Below are positions 23,911 to 38,060 of a stretch of DNA of 64,000 nucleotides, one piece after another (the stretch's first letter is position 1; each line of letters begins with the position of its first letter). This stretch comes from Octopus bimaculoides. Taxonomy: Eukaryota. Both the position numbers and the translations under genes were made by a program. The stretch spans positions 110,912,860-110,976,859 of the forward strand of contig NC_068986.1 of assembly GCF_001194135.2 (NCBI RefSeq). Reading direction: 5' to 3'. Below the pieces are notes generated by a model. It had not been told where the DNA came from. It made no database searches and was given only the letters and a program-made list of their open reading frames with translations.

Positions 23911-24770
23911 GACGCGAAGACATTATGAAGAGTTACTTTTGAGAAATGCATGGGTCCTAAAATTCGCTAGCCTCATCTACTATCCAGTGTACACGAATGT
24001 GTTAAATACGAATGTATACGCATGTTTCCTTTAGCAAGAGCTCTTTTGTGCCAAATCTACCGCATATCACATGTCCTTGTGATGCATACTTACGGGCTGA
24101 ATATCCACCTGATATATATATATATATGTATACATATATGTATGTGTGTGTGTGTGTATGCGTGTGTGTGTGTATATGTGTGTATTTGACAACTCACTCG
24201 ACTGTATAAATTCTGTATGTAATACTTCATTTTATATCAATGGAAGAAGTTTTGATTTAGGTTTGTTTATCCCTTCTAATATAACTAAAATTATTTCCCC
24301 CATAATCACACTTGTTTTCGGACATACAATTGTATTTTCGTCTGCAAATAATCTGTGAAATGTATTTCATTCTCTATCTAAAAGAGCCAGGCATAATTCT
24401 GTGCACATTTGTCTGCTATTTCCCACAGGTAGAGCAAACGTCAAATGAGCGTAATTGGCTCATATGGAAACAAACGCAACCAGCATTAGTACAGAATAAT
24501 CTGTAGATTATCACTGTATTGTTGCGGTCTGAGCTAAGGGCCTTTTATATCGCAATTTCAAATGATTCTGAAAGATAAAGCAAATTATGGAAAGTCAGGT
24601 ATAGGGGTAAATTTAATCACCCGAACGATGCCTTTCAGTTGGAGAACTGCAAAAGTGCTAAAGAAAAAAATATATTATACACTAAAATAATACATACTAC
24701 ATATAAAAAATGCGTGTATATATATGTGTGTGTGCGTGCTTGTGCTTTATGTATATATATATATATATAT

Positions 24771-25388
24771 NNNNNNNNNNNNNNNNNNNNNNNNNNNNNN
24801 NNNNNNNNNNNNNNNNNNNNNNNNNNNNNNNNNNNNNNNNNNNNNNNNNNNNNNNNNNNNNNNNNNNNNNNNNNNNNNNNNNNNNNNNNNNNNNNNNNNN
24901 NNNNNNNNNNNNNNNNNNNNNNNNNNNNNNNNNNNNNNNNNNNNNNNNNNNNNNNNNNNNNNNNNNNNNNNNNNNNNNNNNNNNNNNNNNNNNNNNNNNN
25001 NNNNNNNNNNNNNNNNNNNNNNNNNNNNNNNNNNNNNNNNNNNNNNNNNNNNNNNNNNNNNNNNNNNNNNNNNNNNNNNNNNNNNNNNNNNNNNNNNNNN
25101 NNNNNNNNNNNNNNNNNNNNNNNNNNNNNNNNNNNNNNNNNNNNNNNNNNNNNNNNNNNNNNNNNNNNNNNNNNNNNNNNNNNNNNNNNNNNNNNNNNNN
25201 NNNNNNNNNNNNNNNNNNNNNNNNNNNNNNNNNNNNNNNNNNNNNNNNNNNNNNNNNNNNNNNNNNNNNNNNNNNNNNNNNNNNNNNNNNNNNNNNNNNN
25301 NNNNNNNNNNNNNNNNNNNNNNNNNNNNNNNNNNNNNNNNNNNNNNNNNNNNNNNNNNNNNNNNNNNNNNNNNNNNNNNNNNNNNNNN
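24771..25388. other. Assembly gap (N) between (TA)n and (TG)n
   Basis: N run. Confidence 0.99.
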
Positions 25389-25443
<55 letters not shown>

Positions 25444-26639
25444 ATTAATTGTAAATGGTGACTTTGTTTTATGTGACTAACAGAAAGATAAATAGCTTCC
25501 ATCCTTTTCTTTTATATCTTTGTTTTTATAATACGACTGTATTAGGTAGGGGAGTAGCCATATTATTTTGAAGCACGCCTAGACTATATATTATATTAAT
25601 GCAGTTCATGTTTAGCTTTAATAACTGCAGAGAAGCAGGAGAAAGTGAGGATTCCATATTGCTTCAGTTCAAGGTAAAAAAAAAAGAGCTCGACAATTAA
25701 TTGTGGAAGACCTGCGAGGTTAGGAACAGCAAATGTGAGAAGATGCCTTTGGGGAATGATTAATTTGAAATAGTCAGAAGTGGTTACTCTGTTTGCGATA
25801 GAAGAGACAGCATGAAGAAACTGTATGAAATAATATTTCAAGCGTCCCAGTTTCCGGTGGATTCGGTATTTATCTCTCGCTAAATAAGCCTTATTTCGAA
25901 GGCTTCTAATATGACTGAAAATGAAATTTTAATTAAAAATGTTTTATTTGAGGTCCGTCTTTACATATGTGAATAAAGAACGCATTCTTTGAATTAACCA
26001 AATATAAATGTTTTAATATGAACAGTTGGTTGCTGTTGTTCAGAGTCAGATCAATCCACGCCAAGTATGACTATCGCTACAGTTGTACAAATAGTTGCTG
26101 TGTCATCTACTTTACAGGTATCGTGTATTTAATACCGCATTATCCATCATATCCTATGCAAAACAATGGTATTTTAATTAAAGTACGTTTACATGGTCTT
26201 TGTAACACGTCCAATAATAACATGGTACTCCTTGACTGGCTCATACGTAGATGATCGTAATAGAATGGCGTTGAAAATTTTTCCAATAACGTAAGTGTTG
26301 CTATATGTGAAATGAAACTGTTTTCTGTCGATAATTGGATCATAGACCGCAGTTTTCATTCACAAAATCTTAAATTCTTCCATGTTTGGTGCTTCTGGGA
26401 ATATGTTTGAGACACGGTATGTTTAAATATATTTGGACTAAAATTATCCATTATTTAATACAAAACATTTTTTTTTCTCACCAATGAACTGAAGTATGTG
26501 ATGGTGTGGGAGAAATTTACAAGGTTTGCTATTTTGATATTCTTCCCGCTTCAGTTATTGGTGATAACATTATGATATTTCTCCATTTACATGATTCGCA
26601 TGGATGAACAATTATACAGTCTTATTAGGGGGAAAACTC

Positions 26640-26900
26640 AAAAGCAATAATAATAATCGGATGAAGATGAAGAACGATTGTGGTGATGATGATGATGACG
26701 TCGATGATATCGATGACGATGACGACGACGATGATGATGATGATACCAAAAGTCATTGTAGGCAATGTACAAACAACGAACATGAGTGCTAAAACAGGCA
26801 AAAATATTCACCTAGATAATTATTTACATAAAAATCATAAAAAAGAAGACGAGAATAGAAATATTGGAAGCAGCAGCAGCAGCAACAACAATAGCACCAA
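26640..26900. repeat. Compound trinucleotide low-complexity tract (AAT/GAT/GAC/CAG)
   Basis: Runs are directly visible. Confidence 0.85.
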
Positions 26901-28229
26901 AGACAATGAACTGTAATAATATTAGAGTATAGTGTTGATTTGAATACGTTATCAAATTATTATACCATAAAACATTAATCGATTTAAAATTCATAAATCC
27001 GCCGCCATCAATGAAACATTTTGTCGCATGAATCTAAAGATTTATCAACTCAACATTGATACTTAAACACATAATAATAATAATAATAATAATAGTGGTA
27101 GCAACAACAAGAAGTACAATAAGAACAATATATCTCTAGAGTATATAATATTATAACGAACACATTCTTAGGACAATACAGTCTTGTACCGTTAAACGAG
27201 ATTAACTTATTGTAATATTTACGAAGCGGAATTCATTGAACATGAAAAGTTTGTAAATAAAGCATGATGGGAGTCGTTTTTGAAAATGTGTCAGATAAGA
27301 TTCTTTGTTTTAACTGAGAATATAAAGCCCATTATATTAAAGCTATTAAAATCTTATCTCAGCCATTCGATTAGGACAGTATTCTTGCACCGGCATTGTT
27401 TAAACATAGCTTATTGTCTGACGGCTCATCTGCATCATTTACTCGGCGATAATAAATTTCCTATTCATATTTACATACAAGCTTCAGGCAAATTTTAATA
27501 CAAAATTTAAAGCTTAAAGTTTTTGTTTTCTAAATGGATTTCTTAGTTTCGGCTCTATGCTGGTGATTGGTTTGTGATTCGAAGAGAGAATAATACCTAT
27601 GAGATTACATCATCAATTAAATCGCTTCTCATCATAGCTGAGCTGAATTAATATCATATTAAGATAAAGCTATAGTGACTTACTACATATATACATACAC
27701 ACTCGCGAAGGCCGTCACGTTTTGTGAGAGATGGCTGATGTGTAGAGATTCCTCATATACATATATCACTTTTCTCTTCAGCAACACTTTCCTAAATTTC
27801 CAATTTCTTTGAACCGTGTAATCTCATTTGGAATCATGAGATAGAATAAATACTTTAAGAATAGCTAGGGTTTTATTTCATGGATGTTGCGGCTTTGATA
27901 TACGTGCGTTTCTATGTAAGTGTATATGCATGCATGTGAGTATATGCGTGTGTACATATATTTGCGTGTATATATATGTGTGTACATATATGTTTATACA
28001 TATATGTATGTAAATATATATATTTAGACATACATATATGCATATATACATACACACATGTATATATACACAGAAGCGCATAATTAAAAGTTTGGGTATG
28101 TTCCTATGTATGTATATATATATATATATATACGATGGACAATGTCGACCAAGACGACGTACGAGCGTACAGGTTCTGCAGAACGACTTGTACATATGAT
28201 TTATAGTGATCATATGTCCGTGTCACTCA

Positions 28230-28412
28230 TTTGCTCACTCCCTCAATCAAATCGATTTCGAACAGGTGCACTGTGTACCACATGTCAGATGCCCATCAGA
28301 TTGCAGAACAATATAAGATGAAATGTCTTGCTCAAGAACACAACGAAGCACCCACTCTAGGAATTGAAACACTCCCGATCTAGCGGCCGTGATAACACCC
28401 TAAACACTAAGA
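28230..28412 (-). mobile_element. tRNA-headed SINE (family C)
   Basis: Minus strand ...gtgtttcaattcctagagtggg...ttgtgttcttgagcaagacatttc: B-box-like head, similar to 53135-53275. Confidence 0.55.
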
Positions 28413-28435
28413 TTTGTGCCCTCATTATATATATA

Positions 28436-29528
28436 TATTGGATTGGCAACTACGTTCCCACCGTTTTTTTAAATTTTGGAATCTGTTTCAAGAATTCTGT
28501 TTTTGAATCATTTTGGAATCTATTTTTGTTTCTCGTTAATTGTAGTTAATTTTGTTTATTTTCAGTTCATTAAAATGGAATGTCAAGTTTAGAAAAACGA
28601 ACATTTTCGACACCTTTTTGCTTTTAATCTAAGGTCGCAATTCGCTCTTGATTGGTATGCCAAGTTCAAAAATGAAAATTTTGACCTGAAAGACGGACCT
28701 CGTTCTGGCCGTCCAGTTGAGTTCGTTGAGGAGCGATTAAATCAAATGATGCACGACAATTTTCGTCAAATGACAATGGAACTGCTATAGAAAATTGGAT
28801 GCTCCTACACTGGTATAGGGAACCATCTTCACTCGATGGGAAAGGTTCAGAAGTAAGAAACATCGGTTCTGTATGCTTTAAGTGACAACAACAAAAATCA
28901 AGATATCCACAATCTTCGCTGGTTTGCTTGAACCTCACCGGCAACTCATGGACACAAACAACGATTTCTTTACCGAATCCTTACTGACGACGAAAAATGG
29001 TGCCTGTACATCAATATGAAGCAGCATAAGGAATGGTTTAGCCCGGTATACAAGTGACACCGCGCGTGAAACAAGATCTTTATCCGCGTAAAACGATGTT
29101 GTGCGTATGGTGGGACTGGGGAGAGTTTATCCATTACGAATTGCTTGAACAGAAGCACACAGTCAACACGGAAATCGATGTTCAACAGAGGGAACGACTC
29201 AACACGACTATTGAAGAGAAAAGACTTAATCGTCATCATGGAGTTCTTCTGCTGCACGACAACGCCCGCCCTCATATCGCGAATATGACGAAGGAAACCA
29301 TTTATACACATGTCTGGGAAGTGCTGCCACACCCACCGTACTCTCCTGATTTTGCTCCATTGGATTTCCACCTCTTTCGATCTCTTTCCAATGCTATGCA
29401 CGGAGTCCCGTTCAATACTGATGCAGCATCCAGAGCTTGGTTGGATCAATTTATTGAGTCGAAATTGGGTGATTTCTACTAACGAGGTATTGAAAATCTT
29501 GAACGTTGGGAAGAAGTTGTAAACAACG
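28436..29528 (+). mobile_element. Decayed mariner (mellifera-like), D,D34D transposase relic, 3' TIR lost
   Basis: 5' TIR TA-ttggattggcaactacg. Motifs WYAKFKNENFDLKDGPRSGRP, LTDDEKWCLY, MLCVWWDW, LLLHDNARPH and HPPYSPDFAPLDFHLFRSLSN. Confidence 0.93.
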
Positions 29529-29529
29529 T

Positions 29530-29537
29530 CGTGTTTA

Positions 29538-29578
<41 letters not shown>

Positions 29579-29760
29579 CCTCGCACCATCGCATGAGAAC
29601 CGATGTTGGTGTGTTTACGACCCCGTAACTTAGCGGTTAGGATAAAGAGTAGTGCAAGTACTGGTTTTACAAAGAATGAGTCCCGGCCATGACGCGTTCG
29701 ACTGAAGACGTGCTCCAGCAGAACCGCAGTGGGAGGACAAAAACAAGTAAAAGAAACACT
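29530..29760 (+). mobile_element. SINE family B, 3' half, with internal (TG)n
   Basis: accgatgttggtgtgtttacgaccccgtaacttagcggtt...gtgctccagca...acaagtaaaaga. Confidence 0.8.
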
Positions 29761-30044
29761 AAAAATAAAGTATATATACACACACACAGACCTCAGTACT
29801 ATTAGATTATATATTTACACACACACACACACACACATATATATGTTTAAGCCTCTGTTAAATATACACAGGTTATATATTGTAAATAATTCTATATATG
29901 TTCAAAAAGAGGTGATTGTAAGTGATATAAACGACGAGGTACGCCAGGTACGTGCTGTAACGGATTACTAAGGCTCCAAGCTTATAGCCGAGATGATAGT
30001 TATGGAGCCATTGTAGATTTCCGATATGGCAGATATACAATTGT

Positions 30045-30225
30045 TAGAGAGGACAATAAACTTTAAGGCCAATCAAACATCTGAAGACATGTACATTATT
30101 ATGATTGGAAAAAATTCAAAGACTTACAGTTGTTTCTGGGATTTCGCAGAGTACGGAATATTCCATCATCGGAGACAAATAGGGAACATGAGAAGGTATA
30201 GTTTAATAAAATGACGACAGAGAGG
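30045..30225 (-). mobile_element. Hammerhead-bearing dispersed repeat, copy 1
   Basis: Reverse complement reads tttgtctCCGATGAtggaatattcc...atcccaGAAAcaactgtaagtc and is homologous to 30690-30880 and 51945-52106. Confidence 0.7.
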
Positions 30226-30332
30226 CTATAGCAGAAGACACTTGCCCAAGCTGCAACGCAGAGTGACTGAACTTCGGGACCATGTGGTGAGGAAGCAAGC
30301 TTCTTACCACACAATCATTCCTGCACCTACAT
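30222..30332 (-). mobile_element. SINE family B, tRNA-derived head
   Basis: Reverse complement reads gtgtggtaagaagcttgcttcc...gttcagtcactctgcgttgcagcttgggcaagtgtcttctgctatagcc. Confidence 0.75.
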
Positions 30333-30689
30333 ATTAAATTGATCCAATATAAACATTTTTTTAAAAATCTTCTGCGTCTAAGATGGCTTACTATACGAAA
30401 TTCTTACGTCGGCAATACGTATTAAATCTGCATATTTCTTTAACCTTACAATAACCGTTTTAATTTCTGTAGCATTTAGCAACATTTCGTAACCAACTCC
30501 GCTACCATTCGGTTATTGATCGTTGATATGTTCGAGTCTACTTCTGGATATTTACAATATCAGGACTTTACCTTACATGGATTTACACAGGATTCCACCT
30601 AAGGACCTATGGACTTTCTTCCACACGTTCGGAAAATTGAACTGTGAATTTTTATGCCACTTTTTATTTCCCTTTCTTCATCTCCTTAT

Positions 30690-30880
30690 TCTTTTTCTCC
30701 TGTCCTCCATGTCGTCATTTTATAAATCTATAGCCTTCTCATTTTCTGTATTTGTCTCCGATCACGGAATATCCTATACACTGAGATATCTCAGAAACAG
30801 CTCTAAGTCTTTGAATTTTTTCCCATAATAATATTGTACATCAGTTGAGATGTTTGCCTTGCCTTCACGTTTGTTGTCCT
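30690..30880 (+). mobile_element. Hammerhead-bearing dispersed repeat, copy 2 (may extend left to ~30520)
   Basis: tttgtctCCGATCAcggaatatcc...gatatctcaGAAAcagctctaagtc...gatgtttgccttgcctt. Confidence 0.7.
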
Positions 30881-30951
30881 CTTTCACCTTTATACATTTA
30901 TATATATGCGTATATATAGAAACGAGCATTTGGAATAAATGCATATACATG

Positions 30952-30988
<37 letters not shown>

Positions 30989-32173
30989 AAACGGTAAATA
31001 CATTGCATCGAAATATCCGTTATAGGGTAAGGTATTTGCCTACCAAGGTGTTTACAGATATATTAAGTCTTCTATTTAATCATGCTATTATAGAAATATT
31101 TAATTATTAGAGGACATATCTAAATCAGATATCAACCTATACATCTGGTCTTCTATCTAATAATAGTAAATAAATTTTAATGAACCTTAGAGAACATTTC
31201 TAAACTTTTATTTATTAGTAATAATGATCAAAAAATCTTTAATGACATTTTGAAAATAAATGTTTAGGTGCATGTATACAAGTTGAAAGCTTTTCAATTT
31301 TCTTATTCAAAAATTGGTGTATAGAAAATAGAGTAGAATATCATAGCATTCATTTGCATAGAGAGAACATTTCCTATCTCGCGGCCGGTAATATTTTGCA
31401 TAACTCAAACTTTTCGATCTAATTTTAAAACTAATATTGCTGCCCTTTAATCTCCTAATAAATGTTCTTTTATTAAATGGCAGTAATTCACTTGTTTTAT
31501 TTGGTATAACATACCAGCTATATATAGGCCATGCCCTGATGGATGATTAGAAAAACGATGTCGTAATTATACACAAATCAATTTTTAAATTATCAAATTG
31601 ACATGAAAAGTGTGTAAAATGCTACTTTACAACGTTTCTGGAGGTAGATTTATGAATTAGACAATGTGTAGTACCGGAGACATGTTGAGAATTAATATTT
31701 GAAATGTGGGCTGAAAAATATGTAGTTGTATTTGATGTCACCTTTTTGATCAAGAGATTCTTCATCATTCTAGTGCTTTTATGTTTTCTTTTCATTTACT
31801 TCTGCTTGGTTGTAGAACCTATACTTTTCCTTAAACTTCTGCTTTTTGTACATCCATATCATTACAATAACCGAGAGCTTGATCGAATGTATATTTATCT
31901 GAGAACATATCACATATTGTTATAGCTATATCGCTGCAAACTGCTTGTTTAATACTTTGAGAAGTTTGTTAGAATCCGTATTTATGTATACGAACGATTC
32001 CTTTCGTTTTCTGCATTAACCGCTTTCTAGATATATCATTACGTGAAGATTGTTAACTTTGCTTGTATTGACGGTGACACTAATATTAAGACGTTGCTCC
32101 TTGAATGTTCCAATTGCTTATTCCTGATATTTATCCAATGTTCCGTACCATCTGTAACGAGAAAATGCGATGC

Positions 32174-32237
<64 letters not shown>

Positions 32238-34374
32238 ATGACTCACAACCATTGCTTTGGTGTGCACAAACTTCAGCATCCAAACGTTTATTTCCAAGTA
32301 TCGTAGTCCCACTTAACGATGTCAGATAGGACTATGGCTTTTTAGGTGATGTGCGAGGATGCATTATTAGAAATTATCAGATTCTTTACGAGACAATATT
32401 TGACGTCGCTCTTTCTAATGTTATATTTTGTAGTTAATTCAGAAAATCTTATTTTGGCATCATTATTATTAAATGAATTCTGTGAAATCATCATCATGTA
32501 CATTTCTATGTCTTTAAAATTTACTTTGCATAAAAGTGCGCAATGATATATGGTAGGAGTTCTAGCCACTGCTCGATTCTGATCGTTGGCCTACCGAATC
32601 TGAGCTGACCTAATATTGAGTAAGTTTTTTTTTTCTTTTCTCAGATACGTCAGCGCAACGACGTCAGAATTAATCTATACTCTTGCCAGCGATATCACCG
32701 TCATTTTAATAACATAGAAGGAAACACAAAATATCGGGCTAAGCAAATAAAAGATCTTATGAGAAGTTACTTGAGGTTCTAAAATGGTCCTCCAAATTTC
32801 TCTAAAGTCAACCCGCTATTGTTAGAATGAACAAATAAAACGCATTGAATGATGTATTAAATTCTTTAAAACATTTGGAAAGGCCGTGACAAGAATACTT
32901 TTGATTAGAAATCTGCAAGTTCCAGAATGGAGCACTCGATTTCATTAGGATAACTTTAGCACATGAAGCAAGAAGTCAAGCGTCAACGATGGCGACAACG
33001 CCCACCACCACCATCACCGACACTTCTCCATACTTTAACTTCAAGACTGGGGAAAATAGAACAAGCGATGTTGCTGTTGTTATTTAGATCGGCGTCTACT
33101 CTAATCCAGATGAAATAAGATGAAGCTCATTCTATGCTGACCAACTGACGTACGATCTGTTGAACTAGTTACAGAATCACAGTAGTTCCAAGCAAAACAG
33201 AACGTCATTTTGTTTTCTTTCTCACACAATGCAACTACGACTCTAGCATCCCATCGTCTCTTTTTAAATTGGTAACAGAGATTCTAATGCTAGTACTCGA
33301 AGGAGGAACAATGATGTAGATAGAATCCGTTTCGTTGGGATCATAGACCTGAGAGATGAAATATTAATACTTGAGGAACAATAACTACAAAGTAGAGAAC
33401 TTAAATATCCTCACCCCTCAACATAAATACAAACGTGCTGCCGATAAATTAAATGTTCCTCTTTACTCTGTATCGCACAGAGCTGTTATTGGTGATGTTC
33501 ATGTTGTTATTGCTTTTGCTGTTGAATTTTCCTTTTGCTCAACATAACACTTCCTTTTGAAGCAGCCGATATTTCTGTTGTTGATATTGCACTGACTGTT
33601 TTAGTCACACACGCATTTATGATTTTCGCACTGTCTGATTCTTTAATCTAATAGAAGAAATAGGTAGGGAGGAAGAAGAAAAGGAAAAGATGGAAAAAGA
33701 CGAAGGATGTGAAAAAGAATAGTTTTTGAAATAATATTTGTTATAGTATCACTGCAAGTAGTATTAGGATTTCTGTTGATTCCGAGGCTTTGGTATAGCT
33801 TTTTATTTTATATTTCTTATTAATTCTCATGTTTTTACAAAAACATTTCAAACGTCGAAACACAACATCGAAGCAGACTGAATCATTTGTTCTATTTGCA
33901 AGACACAGACGTTTCCAGGAAGATATTCCAGAATAATCTTGCACATACTTTAAAACTACCATATGTCATTTAATTTTCATCACTCATCTTTCTCCTCTTT
34001 TTTAATCACTACCAGGCATTTTGGAAACAATACGAAACTAAAATAAGAAGAGCACTACCAAAACAAAAACTTATACTATACAGTCTCTCTGCAGACGATT
34101 CTGTTATTTCTCATACATATCGACACATGCCACAACTGATACATTACCAAATGGAACAGTAAGCACAAACAATAAATAACAAGATGCTAGACACACGAGG
34201 GCAGGTCTTGTATCTACACTATCTTTATTTATTTCCCCTATATTCTGTTATTCTATAAATATCTACCTTAAGAGACTGAATATCACTTAAAGTACATTAC
34301 TAAAGATTCAAAGAACTTATGAGAAAGAAACATGGGATTCCATAATCTATTGTTTCATACTGTATTGGTTTAAA

Positions 34375-34552
34375 ATTTTGGCGTAATGCTAGCAATTTAA
34401 ATATCAATGCTTAAATGGTACTTACTTTATGGATACCGAAAAATAATAGGCGAGTGGACGACCTCAACGGAATTTGAACTCAGAGATGTCAAGTCGGAAA
34501 AAATGCTGCAAAGCATTTCCCCGACGTGCTAACGAATCTACAAGTTTGGCAC
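34375..34552 (-). mobile_element. SINE family A
   Basis: Reverse complement reads gttagcacgtcggggaaatgctt...ctgagttcaaattccgttgaggtcg...taagtacc. Confidence 0.75.
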
Positions 34553-36894
34553 CTTTGTTTTGTGTAATGTAAGAAATTGCTGATTTTAGTTTTAGTATGA
34601 TTTGACTAGTTTCGAAGGCGAAGTGCGTAAATGCAATGCATGCTTCTCCCATTAAAAATAATTGTTTTCATAAATATATTTCCAAGACTTCAATCCATCT
34701 GGTCCACCCTCTGATCTAGAGTCTGTCTAATCGAAGCTTTGATGAGTGCAATTTCAAAAACATAAACTATGACCAAATCCACTGGAAACGTTGTTCCTTT
34801 TCTTGGATCATAGACTCCATCAATCCCGACTGTTTAGCATCATATTTCTCTAACGCCTCTCTAGTTTTTTCTTTTAATTGATTGTTGACAATTTTATGAG
34901 GTAAGAGTGACTCTTTATCCTGTTGCGGTCCACAGGAAAAGTGTTTGAGGTCCAGGACATGCTTATTGCCATCAGTTTTGATGAAAAGAATGTAAACGTA
35001 TCGGATCATGTATGGACTTACGTATACCAGGACGTTATTACTCCAATAGTTGTTAAAAGGTAATATGAACAATCAAATCCGAACTTAGCCATAATATTTG
35101 CATGGTCGGAAAATGATGTTCCCTCTCCCTCTAGTTATCTCGCTCTTTCTTTCTCTCTCTTCCCACACTCACGCACTCTCACATACAGAAACACCTTGGT
35201 GCCATTCTACTGAGTAATGCCAACAATGCAATAATTTACATCTAACCTTCTCATCGCCACAGCTGAACGATTTCAGTCTGCGACAAATATATATTTTTCC
35301 TTTTTATACCCAGCACATTAATGCGAGATATCACTTCCGGAAGTATACTGCAGTTAATTTACTTTTCACAGTGTATCCGCATGAAATATAATACGAAAAT
35401 ATCTATTTTAATGTGCTATAGTTTCTGCTGCATACAACACATTTTATTTAACCGGACGGGTAATTTCAATATTTGGTAATTTCAATTATTTTTAAACTCT
35501 GTTTTCGTTTTTATATCGATAGGGACAGCAGTTTTCGTAGCACTCAACTGGCAGAAAACCCGAAATGAAGCGGATATTGACATTCAGGATTCTCAATCTC
35601 ATTGCACGGAGTTTGTTTCTGCATCGGATGTACTTCTGTGCCTTTAAGAACATTGCGTCCATGGGGAATATTATCCCAAAGACAAACACCAAAGATAATT
35701 TGCCTTTCGACCTGTATCTGCATTTAGTATGATGCACCGATTACTATAGGTACATATATTTATATAATCTTGCACACAAACATACACTAACATGCCAACA
35801 AACGCACATATAGACATGTAGATACACAGAGAGATAAAGAGAATGTTTTGTAGGCATGTAATAAATATGCAATTTGCCAATTCGGTTTAGATTTTACTTT
35901 TATAAGTTTCCAAGTCTACTCACAACCTTTCCAGACTTTCATAGACTCATTTCAGTTGGAATTAATGCGAACGAGTGATGCTGCATATATAGTGTGAAAG
36001 AGTGTGAATGTGGTTATAAAAATTACAACCAGAATCTAAAGTTAGTTTTCGTAGATTAATGCGGAATCATATGAGTAAGTTGTTTTTCACTAATGTATGT
36101 TAGGTGTGTGTTTAGTGTAGTATTTTGTCTTTTGTTATGTGCATTACTTCCATTTTGAATCGTTTATATTTATTAGCTATCCATAAAAATTCAGATGTGT
36201 TGGAATCCATGCTTATTTTGATGGATATATTCTAGCGAACCACTATTGCTCTCTGTTTTGACGTGTCGAGAGACTGTTGTATTTATGTCTGGGAAAATAA
36301 TAGCCTGACGTTCGAGGCTATCACGCTTGCAATTGGATCCAGAAAATCATTTTGCCGAGTATAAAGCTGTAGATATATTTAAATGTTGATAGACTGTATT
36401 GATAAGAATGACTTTAATTTCAGACTTTTTCTTGCCTCTTCTTAGGATTAGTTCACTTCTTACCGCAGTTCATTTTATATTTATTAATGACGATTTTTAC
36501 AAGCTGGTCATCTTTTCCCTATTGGATATGAAATGTTTAAATGCATAAACTTTTTGTTGCGTCTGTGTGCTGATATGTGAATAATCTCGTGTGTTTGCCT
36601 ACGAGTTGATTTAGATGTTAGTTTCAATACTTGTTGTTGGTTGGTGTTTTCTCTACTATTTGTATAACTAGCGGTGTATATTACTGAGTGCAGATATATC
36701 ACGAAGAGTCATATTAACTTCAGTATTAAGTTCCGATTGATTTTAAATTTAATGGCCGCATTTGTTATTCTGTCACCTTTGATCTGGTATTTTAAATTTG
36801 TGTTTTTATTCGAAGTGTTAAATTTGAAAAAAATCACACAGATACAAAGATGTAAAAAAGAAAGACGATAAAGAATAAAAAGTGTGGGTAGCAA

Positions 36895-36975
36895 AGCATC
36901 GGAAGACAGAGGGAAAGAGGGCGATGGGCCACACATCTAAGAAGAAGTGGGATAGATCTGTAGCAAACGAAAACC
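36895..36975 (+). mobile_element. Possible RTE/L2-type LINE C-terminal scrap
   Basis: EGKRAMGHTSKKKWDRSV resembles EGKRxRGRPxKxWxDxV. Confidence 0.3.
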
Positions 36976-38008
36976 TTCGGGCAGCGGAGGGGAGAATACT
37001 GGATGCGTATTTGGACATGTTTTGCGTTAATCATTCCATTCATCTAATGAAAAGCGCAGTTTTATATGAACTCCGATAGAGAAAAATTTTGATATACCCT
37101 TGTAGTTACAATTAGCCACCCAACTGAATAAAAACAACTTATGTAACATAATATTGATCCTTTTCATCTCTCCTTCGTTGATTCGGAACTATGGACATTT
37201 TGCTTCTGCATTGATATTCACTCTCTTCACGTAAGTATGTGATCTACTTTTCTGTTGTTAATGGATGTATTATATCTTATGTATATATAGATATTATTTC
37301 TGAATGCTTATATCTGGAAACACATGCAGTGCATTTCAAGGTATTTCTTTTGTATTGTAATGGAGTTGTTTTCTTGGTCAATATGTCGCATATATATATA
37401 GCCACGATGAAAGAAATCAAGAATTTAATAAGGGCCAAGTATCTGTTTCATATCGTGCATTTATGTCTTGGAATCCTTCTCCTAATGTGACTCACAGAAC
37501 ATCGTGAACGTGAGTCCAGGTTGAGAATTCATGGTTGGCTTCATGGTATTGTAGTTGATATAAACTTGAATAATGATGAAGGAAAATGCTACGTCTTTGT
37601 AGCTGGACACCGATAATAAATACCGTTCGTTACCCAATGTCTTGGGGAATTTTATAAATTAACGTCTTTTAAATATATTATTCAACAGGACATATATTAT
37701 CTCTCACTACTTTTGCAATACTATTATTACAAAAGAAAAATTGTGCATGAATGCATAGCTTATAGATCTACTTTTTTAAATATCACCTCTAGGGACAGTA
37801 AACATGGCTGTACAGTAGATCACTTCACAGTGTATTGGTTGATGTTGGTATCAAATTAGTTACCTACCCTGTTGTTCACACACATACACACACTTTCTCT
37901 GTCTGTCTTTCTATCTCACTCTCTAGCTCTCATTAAACAAGTATACATAAAATACTCTCACACATACACACACGCATATATATATATACTTATATGTATC
38001 TATATGTA

Positions 38009-38060
<52 letters not shown>

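Noticed and set aside
24639-25502. Longest ORFs in the track (245-269 aa), plus 19125-19622 and 58341-58970
   Set aside because: Composed of N runs or (TA)n/(TG)n translations.
37530-37615. WLHG as an SH2 start belonging to a Shark-like gene
   Set aside because: Nothing beyond four residues matches SH2, and a stop follows.
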